Positions 51,992 through 64,000 of a stretch of DNA of 64,000 nucleotides are shown piece by piece. Positions within the stretch are counted from its first letter, which is position 1; every line of letters starts with the position of its first letter. The notes under the pieces were generated by a model. That model was not told where the DNA came from. It ran no database searches and saw nothing but the letters and a program-made list of their open reading frames with translations. The stretch covers positions 55,304,001 through 55,368,000 of the forward strand of contig OX597833.1 of NCBI GenBank assembly GCA_951406725.2, in the 5' to 3' direction. The position numbers and the translations under genes are program-made. The stretch comes from Octopus vulgaris. Taxonomy: Eukaryota.

Positions 51992-53388
51992 TAGGCGCAG
52001 GAGTGGCTGTGTGGTGAATAGCTTGCTAACCAACCACATGGTTCCGGGTTCAGTCCCACTGCGTGGCATCTTGGGCAAGTGTCTTCTGCTATAGCCTCGG
52101 GCCGACCAAAGCCTTGTGAGTGGATTTGGTAGACGGAAAGTGAAAGAAGCCTGTCGTATATATGTGTATATATATGTATGTGTGTGTGTATATGTTTGTG
52201 TGTCTGTGTTTGTCCCCCTAGCATTGCTTGACAACCGATGCTGGTGTGTTTACGTCCCCGTCACTTAACGGTTCGGCAAAACAGACCGATAGGATAAGTA
52301 CTGGGCTTACAAAGAATAAGTGCCGGGGTCGAGTTGCTCGACTAAATGCGGTGCTCCAGCATGGCCACAGTCAAATGACTGAAACAAGTAAAAGAGAAAG
52401 AGAAAGAGATAGACTTATCCAATGTGTGAAGGGAGAATGGTTAGGACAAGTCCAGGAATATTCAGTGTCACATATGGAATTACATAAAAATTAACTCATA
52501 AAGAGATATGCTGTATTTGTTAACTTACTAGTTATCAAGTAACAGCATCTTTCTACTAGCATAAAGAAAAGGGATGCAGCACACCCAGTAAAGTGGTCGG
52601 CGTTAAGCAGGCCCTGCATCTGTGGAAACTATGACAAGCTGACTCTGGACTTCACCATAGCCCTGCTGCTTGCTGGATCCTATCAAACTGTCTGACCTAT
52701 GTTGAGCCGGTGAGAGGACTTTTACACAGTTCTTTGACCAGTTAGAAATTGCATCCCAATCTCCCTTAAATCACACCTGACCAATTTTAAAGACAGTCAT
52801 TAAGATGCTCTTAAATACTTGGAGAAAATAAAAAGGAAATGATATGGTAATAGGTGGAGTCCCCTTTTTATTTTTTTATTTGTTTCAGTCATTTGACTGT
52901 GGCCATGCTGGAGCACCACCTTTAGTCGAGAAAATCGACCTCAGGACTTTGTAAGCCTAGTACTTATTCTATCGGTCTCTCTTGCCGAATCACTAAGTGA
53001 CGGGGACATAAACACACCAGCATTGGTCGTCAAGCGATGTTCAGGAGACAAACGCAGACACACAAACATATATATCATCATCATTATCATTTGGCATGGG
53101 TTGGACGGTTCAACTGGGGTCTGGGAAGCCAGAAGGCTGCACCAGGCCCAGTCTGATCTGGCAATGTTTCTATGACTGGATGCCCTTCATATATATACAT
53201 ATATACGACAGGTTTCTTTCAGTTTCTGTCTATCAAATCCACTCACAAGGCTTTGGTCGGCCCAAGGCTATAGTAGAAGACACTTGCCCAAGGTGTCACA
53301 CAGTGGGACTAAACCTGGAACCATGTGGTTGGTAAGCAAGCTACTTACCGCACAGCCACTCCTGCGCCTTTGGTCAGAAGTCTGTTCA
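51992..53388. mobile_element. Inverted pair of SINE family B copies (+ 51992-52395; - 52875-53388)
   Basis: Two near full-length copies tail to tail, about 480 bp apart. Confidence 0.85.
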
Positions 53389-53522
53389 CTTAAGGCCAAA
53401 CTGGAACTTAACTACAGCCGTAGGGACAACTTGATGGTGGGATGGAAAGTTGGACATACAAGTAACCGTCCTGAGAATGATGGCTGATATGTTTTACTGA
53501 GGTCTCTAAAGAAAATAACAGC

Positions 53523-53562
<40 letters not shown>

Positions 53563-54048
53563 GAATTATTCAGGGTCATAGCTTGAAAACAAAAACAAAA
53601 AAAGCAAAAAGAGAAATTGTCAAATAACCATATACGCAAATAATTAAAGTAAACCATTGTTTCACACAGTTTGAAGTTTCCTTTATTTTTTTTATTTTTT
53701 TGTTTGGTTATTTCATTATTTTTCTTTTCTTTTTTTTTTCTTGTTTTTGTGCGTTATGAAACGTGTAAGGAAAGGAAACAGGAAGTAATTTATTATGAAC
53801 ATTATTGAATTATTATATAATACATAAAACACTTGGCATTCACTCTCCCTTTCTCTCCCTCTTCTTTCTCTGGCCCTCTCCTCTCTTTGAACCCCCGCCA
53901 CTAACACCACCACATTATATATAACCTAAGTCCCTTACTGTTATCCAATCAGGACTTTAGCGACTTGTTTCTTTTCATCTTAGACTTTTTTTTTTTCTAA
54001 CTTCACTAAAAAGCAAAAATTAATTTATTTTCCTTCATAATACCAACG

Positions 54049-54112
<64 letters not shown>

Positions 54113-54153
54113 TAATAATAATAATGATAATAATAATAATAATAATAATAATG

Positions 54154-54205
<52 letters not shown>

Positions 54206-54237
54206 TAATAATAATAATAATAATAATGATAATAATG

Positions 54238-54271
<34 letters not shown>

Positions 54272-54320
54272 TAATAATAATAATAATGATAATAATAATA
54301 ATAATAATAATAATAATATG

Positions 54321-54363
<43 letters not shown>

Positions 54364-54508
54364 TAATAATAATAATAATGATTTATTCATTTATCTTTAA
54401 TCATAACAGTAACACGAATGACTGTTGTACCACAACACCTAGTACCGATAATAATAGTTTGTTTTTATTTATGTTTAGTTATAACAGCTCCAACAACTGT
54501 ACTACAAA

Positions 54509-54551
<43 letters not shown>

Positions 54552-54627
54552 GCTACTACTACTACTACTAATGATAATAATAATACTGATGATGATAGCA
54601 ACAACAACAGCAGCTATAATAATAGCT

Positions 54628-54660
<33 letters not shown>

Positions 54661-54700
54661 ATAATAATAATAATTATAATAATGACTATAATAACTAATT
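54049..54700. repeat. (AAT)n tract of about 330 bp followed by (ACT)n, (AGT)n and (AAT)n
   Basis: Directly visible. Confidence 0.95.
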
Positions 54701-54826
54701 ATTATTGTTGCTGTTTCCCACATTTTTACTCCCTAACTCGCTCCTCCTGTGTTTTTATTGACTCAGTCGCTTTGTAAGGAAAATTAAGTTTCTTTCCAAT
54801 ATTTCCAACTATGATGAACTCTTCCA

Positions 54827-54886
<60 letters not shown>

Positions 54887-55887
54887 TCTCTTTCTCCCTC
54901 CCCACCTCTCTCCAGCATCATAATTAGATATCAGCTTACCATTCCTGTATGATTATCATTATTACCATCATCATCATTATCATTATTATTATTATCATCA
55001 TCATCATCATCATTATTATTTTAAAAATTGTGTGTGTACATGTATATATACACACACATACATATATGTATATATATATATATATACATACACACATATA
55101 TACATATACATGCCTGTTGGTTTTAATAATATCTTGTTGTAGTGTTTTAACTACTGTTAGAGCAGTTATTAGCATTAGTTGTTTTTTCAGTCCTTTTTTT
55201 CAATTTCCTTTTGTGGGATTTGAGGATGAAAAATAAAAATCATTAATTTATTGAGTTTGGTTGTTTATTGGTGACTAGAATATGGATTATTGTCCTCGAT
55301 TGTATTTTTAAGATTCTTCATCAGAGCCATCATTTTCATGCCCCCCCCCCCCGTCTTTCCATCCTTGTCACACACACACACCAAAAAAATAAAAATAAAA
55401 AAGTAATAGTAGTGGTATTATATCATGCCCTTCTGCCATCAGAGAACAAAGAAGTCTCGATGCTGTTGCTGAAGTTTCTAGATATAGCAGCTAAATTCCC
55501 CTCACATATTCCCCTATTGTCGTAACTGGAGAAAGGACAGATGAGATAGTGTGATTGTTGATGGGTGTAAAAGAATAAAGACAGGATGGTAAATGTGGAA
55601 TGGGAAATTTTGGTTGTAGAACCAGTCAACTGCAGCTCTTCTGTCTATTACTTATTTCTGTTGTTGGAATGAAGCCATGCTGGGGCAAGCTTGGTACTTG
55701 GTTGTCTCCAGGCTATAGTAGAAGACACTTGCCCAAGGTGCCACGCAGTTGGAATGAACCCGGAACCATGTGGTTCATAAGCAAGCTACTTACCATGCAA
55801 CCAAAATACCATTTACGCACCGCAGTTGATACAATCCCCCCTGCAAATTTTAGGCCTTGCGCCTATGATAGAAAGGATTATTTTGAA

Positions 55888-56195
55888 CTAGCAGTATCAC
55901 CTGGCGTTGCTCGGGTTTGTAAGAGAATTACTATATTAGCATTTTTAGAGAGTTACTTCCCTTATATAAACCGACCAAAAAATGCATTAAAAAATCGAAA
56001 AAATGATGGTAAATTTTTTTTTAAATCGTAGACTCATTGTAAACGCGCGCTAATACCCAGAAGGGCTCGATATGAATCACAACTATAAGATACCTGCTTT
56101 TGGTTAAACTGCACCGCAAAATGTGGGAGTAGTTAGGAATCTAAATCGGAGGAGACAGACTCTCACACACACAACTTCAGTTTTATATATAAAGA
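55888..56195 (-). mobile_element. Non-autonomous Helitron adjoining, and probably inserted into, a TTAA MITE
   Basis: Same termini as 26902-27293 (A|CTAGCAGTATC.CC.GGCGTTGCTCGGG...AACTTCAG.TTTATATA..AAGA|T) but a different interior; the right flank runs to TTTAAATGCTATAGGGTTAA (56357), related to the element at 30810. Confidence 0.8.
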
Positions 56196-57260
56196 TTAAT
56201 CATGCATTATCTCATAGCTGAGATTTTACTGATGCAGTTTTTTATTATAAGAATGACACTGTAGCATAGGTGTGAGAAACCAGGTCTATCTAGTTTGAAT
56301 ACAAAAGAGGTAGAATTTTGGGGCTGGATGAGGCCACTTTAAATGCTATAGGGTTAATTGGCATCTGTGCTAGTGGAGCGCTAAGAGCACCATCCAAGCA
56401 TGATTGTTGCCAGAGCAGCTAACTGGCTTCCGTGCCAGTGGCATGTAAAAAGCACCATTCGAGTGTGATCGTTACCTGCGTCGCCTTACTGGCATGTGAA
56501 AAAACATTCGAGCGAGGTCATTGCCAATGCCACTGGACTGGCTCCTGTGCAAGTGGCACATAAAAAGCGCCATTTGGGCGTGGCCGTTGCTAGTACCGCC
56601 TGACTGGCCCTCCTGCTGATGGCATGTAAAAGCACCCACTACACTCTCGGAGTGGTTGGCGTTAGGAAGGACATCCAGCTGTAGAAACTCTACCAGATCA
56701 AGATTGGAGCCTGGTGCAGCCATCTGGATCGCCAGTCCTCAGTCAAATCGTGCAACCCATGGTAGCATGGAAAGCGGACGTTAAACGATGATGATGATGA
56801 TGATGATGATGACTGCCAGCCTATTAACCATTTATCAGTTATGTCTTGTACAGATTACACATTCTTCCTCTTGATTGTCAGTAAGAGTTTTGAATCAGCT
56901 TGTCATAGACTCACTGCATTGTTATCATTCACCATTTACTTGTTTCAGTCATTAGAGTGTGGCCATGCTGGAGCAGTGCCTTAAAGGTTTTAGTCTAACA
57001 AAGCGATCCCAGTTCTTATATTTTCTTTCTCCTTTCATTTTATTTTTCCAAGTTTCATATTCTATTGCTCAACTTCTAAGTTATGGGGATGTTAACAAAC
57101 CAGCATCTGTTGTCTTGGGATATGTGTGTTTGGTGGTGGTGGTGGGGGGGGAATATAAGCAGAAGCTACACATACAGGTGTGTGTGTGTGCATATATGTA
57201 TATGTATAAACATCTGTGAGTGAGTGTGTGTGTGTGTCATTATGTGTTTGTTTGTATATG

Positions 57261-57297
<37 letters not shown>

Positions 57298-57337
57298 TGT
57301 TGAAAACAGATTAGAGATCTATACAAATCAAATTTTT

Positions 57338-59377
57338 ATATATAAATGATGGAGGTGGAAATAGCACAGAAGTAAATCTAAGACATTTCAATCTGAGGGG
57401 GGAATTTAATAAAAAAATTATATAAAGAAGATATTACTGGTTTCCATGTATCTCATCTTATCAAATATCAGTAAAACATTTATAAAAAAATTGAAGTAAA
57501 AATAGTTTTTTTCTGTCTGGGGGGTCAAGAACATGTCTGAAGATTTTTCCTTGAAGTCTTCTTTAAATATATTTTGGTATAGAGTTCAAAGTGTTGGAAA
57601 ATGAGAGAAGAGGTGTCTATTGTCTAAAGGAATTCTTTGTGTGTTCCTGTCAAGGGAGTGGCTAAAAAGCATCTCTTAAAAGGGTTTTATGTCCACCTGT
57701 GTGTGTGTGTGTATTGTGTTGAATGTCCTTTCAATATGTTTTGAAAAATGACCAGCTGTGAGTTGATGGCTGTGTATGTTGTGAAGAATTGAGGTTTTTC
57801 TTTGGGTTAGATGTATTCTTTTGAGTGTCTCCACATGTGTGTATGTGTTTGTTTTTGTGTTTTCTTTTGTGTGTTTGTGATGTTTGTATGTGTGTGTGTG
57901 TGTGTACTGGCATATATGAATATTGGGAAAAAGATTTAGGAAATAATTGCAAGTATTTTTTCAAAATGATATTGTTCTTATTTATTGGTTCTCATGCTGG
58001 AGCAACACCTTTAGTCAAGCAAATCAACCCAGGACATATTCTTTGTAAGCCTAGTACTTATTCTACTGGTCTCTTTTGCGGAACCGATAAGTTACAGGGA
58101 TGTAAACACATCACCATCGGTTTTCAAGACACACAAACACATACACAAACATACATACATATATATATATATATACATATATACGACAGGCTTCTTTACC
58201 AAATCCACTCACAAGGCATTGGTTGGCCCAGGGCTATAGCAGAAGACACTTGCCCATGATGTCACGCAATGTAACTGAACCCAGAATCATGTGGTTGGTT
58301 AGCAAGCTACTTACCACACAGCCACTCCTGCGCCTATATACGTATATATGATGCGCTTCTTTCAGTTTCCGTCTGCCAAATTCCACTCACAAGGCTTTGG
58401 TTGATCTGAGGCTATATTAGAAGACACTTGCCCAAGGTGCCATGCAGTGAGACTGAACCCAGAACCATGTGGTTGGTAAGCAAGCTACTTACCACAGAGC
58501 CACACCTACTATCTCACCCCCCATTAAAAATTTGGTTATCTCTCCACTAATATACATTAGCGCGCCGGGTGAAATGCTTAGCAGTATTTCGTCTGTTCTG
58601 AGTTCAAATTCCGCCGAGGTCAACTTTGCCTTTCATCCTTTCGGGGTCGATAAATAAAGTACCAGTTTCGCACTGGGGGCGATATAATCGACTCAATCCC
58701 TTCGTCTGTCCTTGTTTGTCCCCTCTATGTTTAGCCACTTGTGGGCAGTAAAGAAATATATATTGAGTTTATTTGGCAACAAGAGATTGAATTAAAAGGG
58801 TCAGATCCTGTTGATTCAGTACTTCAGTGCATTGTTGACTTTTGGCCTCCTTAATAAGCATAGTATGATTCTTTTTTATAAAAATGTTATTAGATTCAAT
58901 AAGATGTTTAATTTTTTCAGTTTTGTATGATTTGTTATGAAAATATTATCAGATTCAATAAGGTGTTTGATCTTTTCGTGTTTTTTGTTTTTGTTTTGTT
59001 GAGGGTTAAACAATTTTTTTTTTGTTGGGTGAGATAACCCAGTTTTTTTTTAATGGGTGTGAGATAACCAAAAAGTACCCTACTGTGAATACCTTAAGAA
59101 CTTCCTCTTTGAAAAAATTGAAGAAATAATGGAAAACCTCACAACTCCTTTAAAGAAGTTATAACAAAGATCCGAGACAAAAGCACAAGAAAAATTCCTT
59201 TACTCTTTTACTCGTTTGACTGCGACCATGCCGGAGCACCGTCTTTAATCGAGCAAATCAACCTCAGGGCTTATTCTTTGTAAGCCTGGTACTTATTTTA
59301 TCGGTCTCTTTTGCTGAACTTCTAAGTTATGGAGATGTAAACACACCAGCATCGGTTGTCAAGCGATGTTGCGGGGA

Positions 59378-59466
<89 letters not shown>

Positions 59467-60233
59467 TCAAGGTGCCACGCAGTGGGACTGAATCTGGAAC
59501 CATGTTGTTGGTTCAAAATGTGACTGCGTGTGTACCATTGGCGATTTTTCTATTTTTTTCCTCCATCTTCCCTTCTCTGGATCTTTCCTTTTCCTATGTT
59601 TCTAATGAAGAGCTCCTCTCGAAACATTAAACCCTCCTTCTTCCTTTCCTTCCTGAGCGTCCAATAATACTATATTTGTTCCACGTCCTCGCATTGTTGT
59701 GTTTTCTCTTTGTGTTTTCATGTTTGGATTAACTTTATATACATATACATATATATGATGGGCTTCTTTCAGTTTCCGTCTGCCAAATCCACTCACAAGG
59801 CTTTGGTCGGCCCGAGGCTATAGTAGAAGACACTTGCCCAAGGTGCCATGCAGTGGGACTGAACCTAGAACCATGTGTTTGGTAAGCAAGCTACTTACCA
59901 CACAGCACTCCTGCGCCTTTGAGCAGACACATTGCAATCTGTGCAGGAATGGTCTTAGCAAATTTCAAGATATTTCCCCTCTGTAAGTACGCAGATTCCA
60001 TCACACAGCAACAAAAACTGGTTAAAGAAATTTATCAGAAAGTATAAACCACAAATATAGGCCCAACCACAACCAATAAATAACAACAAACGCTTAAAAA
60101 AATTTTATACATATTATCGTTTTGAAAAATACTTGCCATCATTTCCCAAATCTTTTTTCCAATATTCATATATGCCAGCAAGCACACACATACACACATA
60201 CACACACACACACAACACACACACACACACAAA

Positions 60234-60271
<38 letters not shown>

Positions 60272-60276
60272 AACTT

Positions 60277-60309
<33 letters not shown>

Positions 60310-61160
60310 AACTTTCTCTCTCACACACACACACACAAACTCTCTCTCTCACACACACACACACAAACTCTCTCTCTCTGTAATATCACAAAAACACATA
60401 CATACAAATGAAAACCTCACACAACTCTATACACACACACACACACACAAGGAAACATCCCAACAAAAACTCATTCACACATGCTCTCACTCTCACACAC
60501 ACACACATGATAGACACAGTTAGACACAGAGTGTCTCTACCTGTGTGTGTGTGTTTGTGTGTGTACAGGCATACATGCACATAAAAGAAAATATCTCCAA
60601 AAACACACTCACAAACACCACAAACACACAAAAGAAAACATCACAAAAACACACTCACAAACAAACCCACACATACACACAGGTGGAGACACTCAAAAGA
60701 ATATATCTAACCCACCCAAAAAAATCTTAATTCTTCACAACATACACAGCCATCAGCTCACAGCTGGTCATTTTTCAAAGCATATTGAAAGGACATTCAA
60801 CACAACACACATACACTCACTCACACACACACATATAGGAAACCCTTTCAAAAAAATGCTTTTTAGCCACTCCCTTGACAATAGACACCCCTTCTCTCAT
60901 TTTCCAACACTTTGAACTCTATACCAAAATATATTTAAAGAAGACTTCAAGGATAAATCTTCAGACATGTTCTTGACCCCCAGACAGAAAATAAGCTATT
61001 TTTGCTTCAAATTTTACTGATATTTTTTAAGATGAGATACATGGAAACTGGTAATATCTTCTTTATATAATTATTAAATAATTTTTTATTAAATTCCCCC
61101 TTAAATTTTAATGTCTAAGACTTACTTCTGTGCTATTTACACCTCCATTCTTTATATATA
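57338..61160 (+). mobile_element. Decayed Penelope-like element: inverted upstream pLTR, GIY-YIG C-terminal remnant and downstream pLTR
   Basis: Arms 57338-57971 and 60115-61160 are reverse complements (the right arm is expanded by microsatellites). Removing the SINE at about 59201-59920 joins KIRDKSTRKIP|LSRHIAICAGMVLANFKIFPLCKYADSITQQQKLVKE/FIRKYKPQI* (59168-60060). Each arm carries a hammerhead-like motif; (TA)n lies on both sides. Confidence 0.75.
59520..59738 (+). mobile_element. PLE-type terminal-repeat fragment with hammerhead-like motif (59598-59632), nested within SINE B
   Basis: GTTT-CTAATGA-A-GAG ctcct CTC-GAAAC-ATT-AAAC; same architecture as 23784-23819. Confidence 0.6.
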
Positions 61161-61173
61161 TACATACATACAT

Positions 61174-61221
<48 letters not shown>

Positions 61222-61347
61222 CACACACACACACACACACTTGCAACCCTATATATATATATGTATATATATATGAAAGAAAGATGTTCAGAATGCTGGA
61301 TGGTTGTAAAAATATATATTTATTTACATATCACATATTATTACTTC

Positions 61348-61386
61348 ATTTTAGCGTTTTCAACTACTCCTGTAGTTTCATCAGAA

Positions 61387-61388
<2 letters not shown>
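61348..61388 (-). ncRNA. Minimal type-I hammerhead ribozyme-like motif in a PLE-type repeat (61276-61388)
   Basis: Minus strand ATTT-CTGATGA-AACTAC agga GTAGTT-GAAA-ACGC-TA-AAAT: intact CUGAUGA and GAAA core, 6-bp stem II, 4-bp stem I, NUH site CUA, downstream AATAAA. Confidence 0.65.
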
Positions 61389-61459
<71 letters not shown>

Positions 61460-61800
61460 TGCAAAGTGAGCTTCTTAACTACACAGCTATGTCTGTGCCT
61501 ATGTTGTCTTGCAAACAACTTGCACATGCAAGTGCTACCAGTCAAGAACAATGCATACTGGAACCCAGCAAGTGTATGGGGTCATCAGGAGATAATGCGT
61601 GCCGTTTCGGGGCCTACCTCTCGACGGCATCAATGTGCACCATTCCCACCTCACTGATATGAGGCCCCACTATGAAGAATAGATGGAAGAATATAAACTT
61701 TTACGCATGTCACAAACTCGGATTTGTAATTAACAGCCAAATGATTCTGCGTTTAGTTTCACTGTTTGGTATATTGGTTGGCAAATTTCTTCCACCTTAA

Positions 61801-62262
61801 CCCTTATGTTACCAACCCAACTGAAACTGGCACTGAGTACAAATGTCTTGTTTTCATAAGTTTTGAATTAAAATCTTCTACCAAACCTTGATCACAATTT
61901 ATGTTACTAGCACTAGCTGAATGATAACTAAATTATTTTACTAAATTCTTTGTTATATTTAAAATTAATTGAAAGGAACACAGAGCATCTCAGCAGAAAT
62001 ATGGTAACAAGAGGGTTAAAATATATAACAGAAAAACAATTCTTAACCTTTTTGATACCAACCTGGCTGAAACCAGCTCTGGCTCTGAGTACAAATGTCT
62101 TGTTTTCATAAGTTTTGAATTAAAATCTTCCACCAAACCTTAGTCACAATTTATGTTCCTAACACTAGCTTAATGATAACCAAGTAATTTTACTCAATTC
62201 TTTGTTATATTTAAAGTAATTGAAACATTGAGCATCTCAAAATAAATACAGAAATGAAAGAG
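61801..62262. mobile_element. Two adjacent piggyBac-type MITEs (61801-62015 and 62047-62262)
   Basis: Each is bounded by TTAA with CC(C)TT...AAG(R)G ends; a third, older relative lies at about 62443-62669. Confidence 0.85.
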
Positions 62263-63750
62263 TTAAACCTTGAGGTCACCAATGGCATCAGTGCAAAAGC
62301 CCATTCGTGTGTATGTGTCCGTCTTTGTGTGTGCATGTGTGTGTGTGAATATGTTCTCAAAATACATGCAAATGAGACAACAAGGTAGTTGTTACACAAG
62401 CCGTTTCACATGATAATGTATCAATCAAAGCTATGTTTTAAACCCTTTTGTTATCATAGGTGTGTTGAAATAACCTGCCTTCGTTCGAATTAAATTCTGA
62501 AAATTATTAAAAATTCAGTAGCATAACTTTGTTTTTATTAATCTGGTGTTCGAAACATTAAAATTACATTCTGATCGTAGGGTTTTAGTTTAGATTAACT
62601 TTAAAACAGGAAGCTTGTGTCACAAAACCTGGACTAATCCTGGATGGGTTGGTGGGTTTCAAAAAACAGTTAAGCAGTAAGTATGATGGAAGAGGAAAAA
62701 AATGTGCATCAATGGATTGAATTAGGTGTGACATACAGACAGACAGACACTCTTACAGTAGCTGTTGTTTCAAAGAAAGTGAGTTCATTAAAAATGCTAG
62801 GGGAAAATGAAAGTAGAAAATGAAAGTAGCAGAAAATGAAAGCATTTTCTGGGGGTTTTAAAAGGTTGACCATCAAACAAATTACCTTTTGTTCTTTTTT
62901 CTTTTCTTTTTTTTTTTTTGTTTTTGCTGGTGATGCAATTCTGCATTTGTAGATTTATCAATCTTCACCTCACTATCTCCTGGATGGATGGACGGACTGG
63001 GATTGTTGCAGCATATTATTACATCTTTTCCCCTGTAGGAATTCGAATTCCTTCACAAGAAATAAGGAGTAGTTTATTGACCAGGAAACAGCTTTTGTTA
63101 TATTCGCTTCCCTCTTCTCTTCTTGCCTCACTTTACAAAGTTAATCGTCTTAGGATTTGAGAAGATTAGGGAACTTACAGTAGTCACATTGCAGATAAAA
63201 TCAATTAGTTTTGTACTGGAGAAATTTTCTTTCCCCAAAATTCATCTACTGATAAGATGTTGACATTTTACTTTCCTTATCTCTTGATTTCCTTTTGTTT
63301 TTCTTTTCTTTTTTCTTTTTTAATATTCTCCATTAGATATTGTCATCATCATAATCATCATCATCATCATCATTATTATTATTGTCACTGTTATCCTCCT
63401 TATCCACAATGTCATCATTATCATCATCAATTTTACATCCTATTTCCATCCTGTCAATAATGTCTCTCTCTGTGTCTTTTTTCTTTTTTTTTTTTTGCTG
63501 TTTTTCTTTTCATTTTTGTCCCTTTCCTTCATATTGGTCTGTATGGTCAAATACATGAAACAGACTTACTTCAATTCTGTATTCTCCTACCTTTGCCCCC
63601 CCCCACCCCCGCCACCCTCAACCACTACCCACAATCCATCTGTCTTGCTAACAAGGTGGTAGGGTAGCTCTATGCAGACGATCGGAATATATTAGAAATA
63701 TCAGCCAAATTCTTTTGAAATTACACCTTACCGTTTTCTTCAAAAAAAGA

Positions 63751-63914
63751 AGGCGCAGGCAAGGCTGTGTAGTTAGAAGCTTACTTTCCAACCACATGGT
63801 TCTGGGTTCAGTCCCACTGCTTGGCATCTTGGGCAAATGTCTTCTACTTTATAGCCTTGGGCTGACCAAAGCCTTGTGAGTAGATTTGGTAGATGGAAAC
63901 TGAAAGAAGCCTGT

Positions 63915-63917
<3 letters not shown>
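63751..63917 (+). mobile_element. SINE family B 5' half
   Basis: AGGCGCAGG...GGTTCAGTCCCACTG...TTGGGCAAATGTCTTC...GGAAACTGAAAGAAGCC. Confidence 0.8.
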
Positions 63918-63949
<32 letters not shown>

Positions 63950-64000
63950 CATCATCATCATCGTTTAACGTCTGCTTTTCATGCTAGCATGGGTTGGACA

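Noticed and set aside
63037-63052. Perfect 16-bp palindrome AGGAATTCGAATTCCT
   Set aside because: About one is expected by chance in 64 kb (4^-8 per position).

Overview
This is AT-rich, repeat-saturated animal genomic DNA. The SINE families and dense (TA/CA/CT/CAT/AAT)n microsatellites match what I recall of octopus (coleoid cephalopod) genomes; that assignment is an inference. Almost every ORF in the supplied track is a microsatellite or SINE artefact. I can support only one host coding exon: a 110-nt + strand exon (46016-46125) encoding the C-terminal part of an FHA domain (TCF19-like), so the window is probably mostly large intron. The rest is several tRNA-derived SINE families (often tandem multimers or inverted pairs), piggyBac-type TTAA MITEs, a Tigger/pogo remnant, two non-autonomous Helitrons, R4/Dong-like LINE 3' ends and Penelope-like element (PLE) remnants. 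The most notable hidden layer is at least seven minimal hammerhead-ribozyme-like motifs in PLE-type terminal repeats inserted in (TA)n tracts. One of these is nearly intact, and two related copies show compensatory stem changes. There is also a PLE with an inverted terminal repeat (57338-61160), a 37-bp SINE-derived hairpin and a degenerate C2H2 zinc-finger relic. I found no prokaryotic-type system (CRISPR, operon). All alignments and translations were done by eye, so repeat boundaries are approximate.
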